This document shows, one piece after another, positions 59,089 to 64,000 of a stretch of DNA of 64,000 nt. The notes under the pieces were generated by a model, which was given only the letters and a program-made list of their open reading frames with translations, searched no databases and was not told the origin of the DNA. Positions within the stretch are counted from its first letter, which is position 1. The number at the start of each line of letters is the position of its first letter. The DNA is from Acidobacteriota bacterium. Lineage in GTDB: Bacteria > Acidobacteriota > UBA890 > WLXD01. Position numbers and translations under genes: made by a program. The stretch is from contig CBDBHB010000009.1 of the NCBI GenBank assembly GCA_965205505.1, positions 2,528,001 through 2,592,000 on the forward strand, in the 5' to 3' direction.

Positions 59089-60114
59089 TCAACTGGTCGC
59101 ATTGCTGCGGCCAGCGCGCCATAGCGGTTCGAGTCCGTCGAGCGCCTGCTCGACGGCAAGGCCGGTCATGCAGCGGTGATCGATAGGACAGTTCGTTGCC
59201 AGGCACGGCTGACAGAACGCGGCGACGCTGGCGACCTGCAGGTGAGGTCCGAGTGGTCGCGTGCGGCGCGGATCGGTCGGCCCGAAGAGCACCAGCGTTG
59301 GGCTGCTCAGCGCGGCCGCCAGGTGCGCCGCACCGGTATCGTTGCTGATGACCGCCCGGCAGCTGCTCAACAGCGCCGCCAGGTCGATGATGTCGGTACG
59401 ACCTGCGAGGTTCACGCAAACGTCGTCGCAAGCCGCCGCCACCTGTGCGCCGACTCCGACATCCTGGGGGCCGCCGAGTATCACCGGGAGGGCCCCCCAG
59501 CGCCGCGCTGCCGCGCTCGCCAACGCGCCGTAGGATGCGGCTGGCCAGCGCTTCGCCGGACCATTGGCGCACCCGGGTACGACTCCCAGAATCGGCTGAT
59601 CCGTGTCGACTAGCCGCCGGACACGATCATGAGTGTTCGCCGGCGGAGCCAGCAGCACATCTTCCGGCCGAGGCGGCGCGGCCTTCAGTGGCTCGAGCAG
59701 GCGTGCGTACCGAGAAGCGTCGTGGATCGGGGCCAGGGTATCGGTTTGGGGCAGGGCCTCGGTCAGCAAGAACCCGCGCATGTCGGTGGCGTAACCGATA
59801 CGTCGCCGCACGTTGGCCAGGGCTGCCACCAAGGCCGGCTCGAACGCATTCGGCAACAGCAGGGCTCCCGCTGGAGCGAGGCGAGCGACGCCGCTGACGG
59901 CGCGGCGGAGGCCGAGAAGGCGGCCGACACCGGTACGCTGAAGATGCGGCAGCACCCGGCCGCGAACGCCGGTTGCTTGCAGGAGGCGTCCATGGGATTC
60001 AGGACCCCAAAGCACCAGTTCGTCTACCGTGCGCTCCAGGGCTCGGATCGTCGGCACGGCCATCACCGTATCTCCGAGCCAGGTAGGCAACCGCACGATC
60101 CAGCGCCCGCGCAT
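59089..60114 (-). CDS. waaF: LPS heptosyltransferase II (GT9)
   Basis: RLPTWLGD.VM, LLPN.F, RIGY....R..LL, PG...GPAKRWP, SNDTG..HLAAA. Confidence 0.87.
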   Translation of the reverse strand: MRGRWIVRLPTWLGDTVMAVPTIRALERTVDELVLWGPESHGRLLQATGVRGRVLPHLQRTGVGRLLGLRRAVSGVARLAPAGALLLPNAFEPALVAALANVRRRIGYATDMRGFLLTEALPQTDTLAPIHDASRYARLLEPLKAAPPRPEDVLLAPPANTHDRVRRLVDTDQPILGVVPGCANGPAKRWPAASYGALASAAARRWGALPVILGGPQDVGVGAQVAAACDDVCVNLAGRTDIIDLAALLSSCRAVISNDTGAAHLAAALSSPTLVLFGPTDPRRTRPLGPHLQVASVAAFCQPCLATNCPIDHRCMTGLAVEQALDGLEPLWRAGRSNATS

Positions 60115-60129
60115 GTCTGCTTATTCCCC

Positions 60130-60183
60130 CACTTCGCAAGACCCTGTCGCCAGACCCACCGCACTTTCACCACGGCCTGCTAG
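60130..60183. repeat. Right end of family A element between lpxL and waaF
   Basis: CACTTCGCAAGACCCTGTCGCCAGACCCACCGCACTTTCACCACGGCCTGCTAG; the CTA is the lpxL stop. Confidence 0.85.
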
Positions 60184-61052
60184 GGGCGCTCTCGCCACCG
60201 ATCGTGCATCCAAAGCCAGGCCTCGGGACAAGCGCGCACGTACCGCTCGATACGAGCGGTGACGGCGGCGGTGATTTTCAGGACGGCATCGTCATCCCCC
60301 GACGTGGAGACCTCGATGGGCGGATCGATCGCCAGCCGATAGTGGTCGTCGTGCGGTACCGCAAACATCGACAGAATCGGCGCGTTCGAGCGTAGATGAA
60401 ACTGCGCCACGGCGGGGGTAGTGGCCGCCAAACGATCGAAATACGGAACGAACACCGCTTCCGGCGGCAGGGTGTTTTGGTCGGCCAAGATCGCCAGCAC
60501 CGAGCCCGCGCGCAGCGCCCGCAGAGCCGGCCGGAAGGCGTTGTGTTTGGGGAGCACGCGCGCGCCGGTGCAGGATCGGAGTCGCGTGACCAGCTGGTCG
60601 AGCCGCGAGTCGTCCAGTGGCCTGGCGATAGATACCAGCGGCACGCCGAGCTTAGCGAGGGCAACGCCGGCCAATTCCCAGTTGCCGTAGTGGGCCCCCG
60701 CGAGGATTGCGCCGTTGCCAGCGTTTAGTGCCCTCTCGAAATGGGCCATCCCGTCGTCGGGGCGGATGATCTGCTCCACCGGGTGATCGACTAGCCGTGG
60801 GCTCCAGAGCAGCTCCAGTGCGGTGCGGCCCATCTGCTCGAAGCTCGCTAGTGCGGTGTGCTCGTGCCAGGCCCGGTCGCGGTCGGGATAGGCACGGCGT
60901 AGGTTACTCAGGGTCCTGGCCCGATGACGTCGATCGAGACGATAGGCGAGGCGCCCGAGGCCTTTGCCGCGTGCGGCGGCGGTGGCCAGGTCCCACTGCG
61001 GCACGCGTGCTGCCACCGTCTCGGCCAACCGGGCCACGAGCGTCACTGACAT
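60180..61052 (-). CDS. lpxL: Lipid A biosynthesis acyltransferase (LpxL/HtrB family)
   Basis: AHYGNWE, RPLD, LADQ, VPYF...A.T, P..WLWMH.RW. Confidence 0.88.
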   Translation of the reverse strand: MSVTLVARLAETVAARVPQWDLATAAARGKGLGRLAYRLDRRHRARTLSNLRRAYPDRDRAWHEHTALASFEQMGRTALELLWSPRLVDHPVEQIIRPDDGMAHFERALNAGNGAILAGAHYGNWELAGVALAKLGVPLVSIARPLDDSRLDQLVTRLRSCTGARVLPKHNAFRPALRALRAGSVLAILADQNTLPPEAVFVPYFDRLAATTPAVAQFHLRSNAPILSMFAVPHDDHYRLAIDPPIEVSTSGDDDAVLKITAAVTARIERYVRACPEAWLWMHDRWRERP

Positions 61053-62095
61053 ATATCCGGGCTGGCGGCGATCCGAGGGAGCAGCCAGGCCTCGAACTCG
61101 GTCGGTCGCGCCAGGCTCAGGCGATACGACCAGACATGGATCTGCGGTGCTTGTGGTTGCTTCAAACGCTGTAGGCGGACGGCGTCTTTTTCGGTGGTTA
61201 CGAGTATTGTCGCTCCGGCGCCGATTGCCATGCGCTGGAGACTGGCGAGGTCACGATCGGAATACCAATGGTGGTCCGGAAAGGCTCGCCTGGCGCGCAC
61301 GTCGATGCCATGTGCTTCGAGCGTGCGGAAGAACCGCTGCGGGCGGGCAATCCCTGCGAAGGCTGCGCAGGAGGCACCGAGCTCCGTCGCCGCATCGGGA
61401 GGCGTACGCGGGTCCCATGTGTCGAGTGGCCAGTGGCCCGGCTCGCTACTTCGTACCTCGAAAGTCGGTCGATCGGGGTATCGGCTAGCGAGCTCACGGC
61501 GGGCGTGCCCGTCGGCTTGTTCACTCACCACCAAGATAAATGCGTCGGCTCGCCCTGCGGCTCCGGCCCCCTCCCGCAGGCGACCACCTGGCGGCGGCGA
61601 TTGCTCCCAGAAAGGGCGGCTGGCATCGACTACCAACAAGTTCACGTCACGCGCGACGCGCACGTGCTGGTAGGCGTCGTCGAGTACGTAGACATCGGTC
61701 TGCAAGACCCGCTGCTCCAGTAACTCCGCAGCCTCCTCGCGCCGCGCCGCCACCGCCACCGGGACGCCGTCGAGCGTACGCGCGTACCAGGCGGGCTCGT
61801 CGCCGGCTGCCTGCACATCGATACATAGGCCGTGGCCGTCGCTTACCACGCTCGGGCGGCGATCGTGTCGGGAGTAGCCGCGGCTGATGACGGCTGGCTT
61901 GTGGCCGGCGCGTTGCAGCACCTGCGTCACTGCTGCCACGACCGGCGTTTTTCCCGTTCCACCCATCTCCAGCGCACCGATGCTGATCGTTGGTCGTCGA
62001 AGCCGCTGCGTGGCAAGCACCCCGCGGCGATACAACTCGGCGCGGCCACGCGCTACGAGGCCCCAGGGGATCCCCAGGAATCCCAGCACGCTCAC
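61043..62095 (-). CDS. lpxK: Tetraacyldisaccharide 4'-kinase
   Basis: SIG.L..GGTGKTP, SRGY, GDEP, LDDAYQH, P.GRLRE, GIA.P..F, FPDHH, TTEKDAV. Confidence 0.93.
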   Translation of the reverse strand: MSVLGFLGIPWGLVARGRAELYRRGVLATQRLRRPTISIGALEMGGTGKTPVVAAVTQVLQRAGHKPAVISRGYSRHDRRPSVVSDGHGLCIDVQAAGDEPAWYARTLDGVPVAVAARREEAAELLEQRVLQTDVYVLDDAYQHVRVARDVNLLVVDASRPFWEQSPPPGGRLREGAGAAGRADAFILVVSEQADGHARRELASRYPDRPTFEVRSSEPGHWPLDTWDPRTPPDAATELGASCAAFAGIARPQRFFRTLEAHGIDVRARRAFPDHHWYSDRDLASLQRMAIGAGATILVTTEKDAVRLQRLKQPQAPQIHVWSYRLSLARPTEFEAWLLPRIAASPDICQ

Positions 62096-63366
62096 GTTCG
62101 AAGCTCCGGTAGGCAACGAAGCAAGACGCGGGCGGTGCGTCGGCCGGCCGACGCGTCGCGTAGTGCCACGATGCGGGCACGCTCGCCCATCTGTCTTCGT
62201 CGCTCCGGGTTGTCGATTAGCTCGACAATACGCTCGCCGAGGGCGTCAGGGTCGGCAACCCGGTACGCACCGCCGGCGTGCACGAGCTCGCTCGCCAGCG
62301 CTGCGAAGTTCTCGGTGCTGGGGCCGAACAAGAGGGGGCGTGCCTGGATCGCTGGCTCGAGCATGTTGTGACCGCCGGTGGAGACCAGGCTGCCGCCCAC
62401 GAATGCGATATCGCCGAGACCGTACGCTGCGGGTAGTTCGCCGATCGTGTCGAGCAAGATCACTTCGCCGTCAGTAGCACTCGGGCGAGTGCGGCGGGCG
62501 CACCTGAAACCAGCATGCTGAACGAGTGCCTCGACCTCGTTAAAACGTTCGGGGTGCCGGGGTGCAAGCAACAGCCGTGAATCGGGATAGCGTTGCAGCA
62601 CGCGACGGAAGGCACGAAGGACCTTCTGCTCTTCGTTGTCCATCGTGCACCCGGCGACGATCAGGGGTCGTGCGCCATCGGTGCGTAGCAGTTCTTCCAG
62701 CTGGGCGTGAAGATCGACTGATGGACAGAGGGCCTCGGCGTCGGCTTTCAGGTTGCCGGTTACAAAAACATCTGCTGCGGCGATCCCTATGGTGCGAAAA
62801 CGCTGCCCTTCTACGTTCGTGCGCGCGCACACTACATCTATGAGCTCGAACGGGGCCGCCCAGATGCGACGCAGTCGTTCATAGCGACGACATGAGCTCG
62901 CCGACAGGCGGGCGTTTACAAGCGCTGTACGCACTCCGTGTGCCCCACAGGCACGTAGGAGGTTAGGCCATATCTCGGTCTCAACCAGCAGCAGCGCGCG
63001 CGGCGCCAACGTCCGGAGGTAGCGGTCGACTGCGCCGGGTATGTCCAGCGGCATGTAGAAGGTAGCGTCGGCGTCTGTCTGTCGGGCGATTTCTTGACCG
63101 GTGGGCGTCGTGGTCGACAGCAGTATCGGCACACCCGGAATCATCCGTCGCAGGTGAGGGATGAGCCCACTTGCTGCATGTACCTCACCCACCGAAACGG
63201 CGTGTATCCATATTCCCCCACGATGCTGCGCGAGCCGCTCCGGGACCCGTCCGAGGCGTTCCTCGAGGGCGACGGCGTAGCGGCCGCCGAGAACCCGATG
63301 AAGGGCCGCCCGTGGCGCCAGCAGGCACAGGCCGAGAGTATAAAGCAGGGTATAGGTGGCGAACAC
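62092..63366 (-). CDS. waaA: Kdo transferase
   Basis: WIHAVSVGE, ETEIWPN, NARLS, GNLK, APRHPERF, DTIGEL, FVGGSL...GGHN.LEP. Confidence 0.95.
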   Translation of the reverse strand: MFATYTLLYTLGLCLLAPRAALHRVLGGRYAVALEERLGRVPERLAQHRGGIWIHAVSVGEVHAASGLIPHLRRMIPGVPILLSTTTPTGQEIARQTDADATFYMPLDIPGAVDRYLRTLAPRALLLVETEIWPNLLRACGAHGVRTALVNARLSASSCRRYERLRRIWAAPFELIDVVCARTNVEGQRFRTIGIAAADVFVTGNLKADAEALCPSVDLHAQLEELLRTDGARPLIVAGCTMDNEEQKVLRAFRRVLQRYPDSRLLLAPRHPERFNEVEALVQHAGFRCARRTRPSATDGEVILLDTIGELPAAYGLGDIAFVGGSLVSTGGHNMLEPAIQARPLLFGPSTENFAALASELVHAGGAYRVADPDALGERIVELIDNPERRRQMGERARIVALRDASAGRRTARVLLRCLPELRT

Positions 63367-63375
63367 GATGGGACT

Positions 63376-63412
63376 CTAGTGTCCTGTAGCAGAGGTTTGT
63401 TGCATATTGTGG
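63376..63412. repeat. IS/MITE end remnant, family B
   Basis: CTAGTGTCCTGTAGCAGAGGTTTGTTGCATATTGTGG, similar to 15180-15216. Confidence 0.6.
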
Positions 63413-63571
63413 CGCGCGTGACTGAGTCGAGTCCAAGGAGGCTCGACGACAGCGATGCACCATTAGAGTCACACTCCGCCTGTCATGACGCCATGGCGGC
63501 GGTTGCGCAGGTTGTCGCGAGCTGGTGACGCGATGTTGGCCAGCAGTCAATCATAGTCTGGTGCGCATGCG

Positions 63572-64000
63572 ATGAAAGACGCAGCCGAGCCCGTGAACCT
63601 ACTCGACTTGCCGCCCTCCGACTGGCGGCAGGCGCTAGCTGAAGCCGGTCTGCCCGCCTATCGCGGCGAGCAGCTCGCCCATTGGGTCTTCGGACGTGGA
63701 GTGTTCGATTTCGGTGTCATGACCGACCTGCCGATTGGGCTCCGAGCAAGCCTGCCAGCACTATTCCGGCTCGAGCCGCCGACGGTGGACAGCGTCTTTC
63801 GATCCGTCGATCACAGCCGCCGCTATCTGTTGCGTATCGACGCGGGAGAGCTCGTGGAGTCAGTCACGATGCCGTATGAGCGGCGCACCACGTTCTGCAT
63901 CTCGTCCCAGGTCGGTTGCCGCTTCGCGTGCGGATTCTGTCAAACGGGAAAGCTCAAGTTGCTCCGGTCGCTCTCGTCCGGCGAGATTCTCGGGCAGGTG
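63572..64000 (+). CDS. rlmN: 23S rRNA m2A2503 radical SAM methyltransferase, truncated by window end
   Basis: YR..Q...W, MTDL, VESV, CISSQVGC...C.FC.TG, LS.GEI.GQV. Confidence 0.93.
   Translation, partial: MKDAAEPVNLLDLPPSDWRQALAEAGLPAYRGEQLAHWVFGRGVFDFGVMTDLPIGLRASLPALFRLEPPTVDSVFRSVDHSRRYLLRIDAGELVESVTMPYERRTTFCISSQVGCRFACGFCQTGKLKLLRSLSSGEILGQV

Overview
GC-rich bacterial chromosome segment. It is most likely from Acidobacteriota, inferred from the def-fmt-rsmB-PASTA-rpe-bamD order, the waaA-lpxK-lpxL-waaF-hldA-hldC-waaC operon, MacB-like orphan permease fragments and a CRTAC1/ASPIC protein. Two intact housekeeping blocks (about 0.8-16.8 kb and 52-64 kb) flank an accessory middle. The middle holds tRNA-Sec followed by an att-like tRNA-Phe 3' half, a decayed surface-glycosylation island, a Mo-oxidoreductase pair and a quaternary-amine cluster (CaiD, FadF-like Fe-S protein, dimethylglycine dehydrogenase-like, ETF, non-Pyl MttB). 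It also holds a tandem of FN3-tailed secreted proteases. Notable patterns: (1) three clear and one possible in-frame TAG codons plus three single-base frameshifts, confined to dispensable genes; (2) at least two families of CTAG-targeting miniature elements, one highly structured, whose ends repeatedly coincide with TAG stop codons; (3) many leaderless-type TANNNT-N6/7-start genes, including a compact bidirectional promoter; (4) an RHH-like plus degenerate HD-GYP fusion; (5) an ICMT/LmtA-like methyltransferase at the end of the lipid A/core operon. All calls come from motif recognition by eye; no database searches were run.
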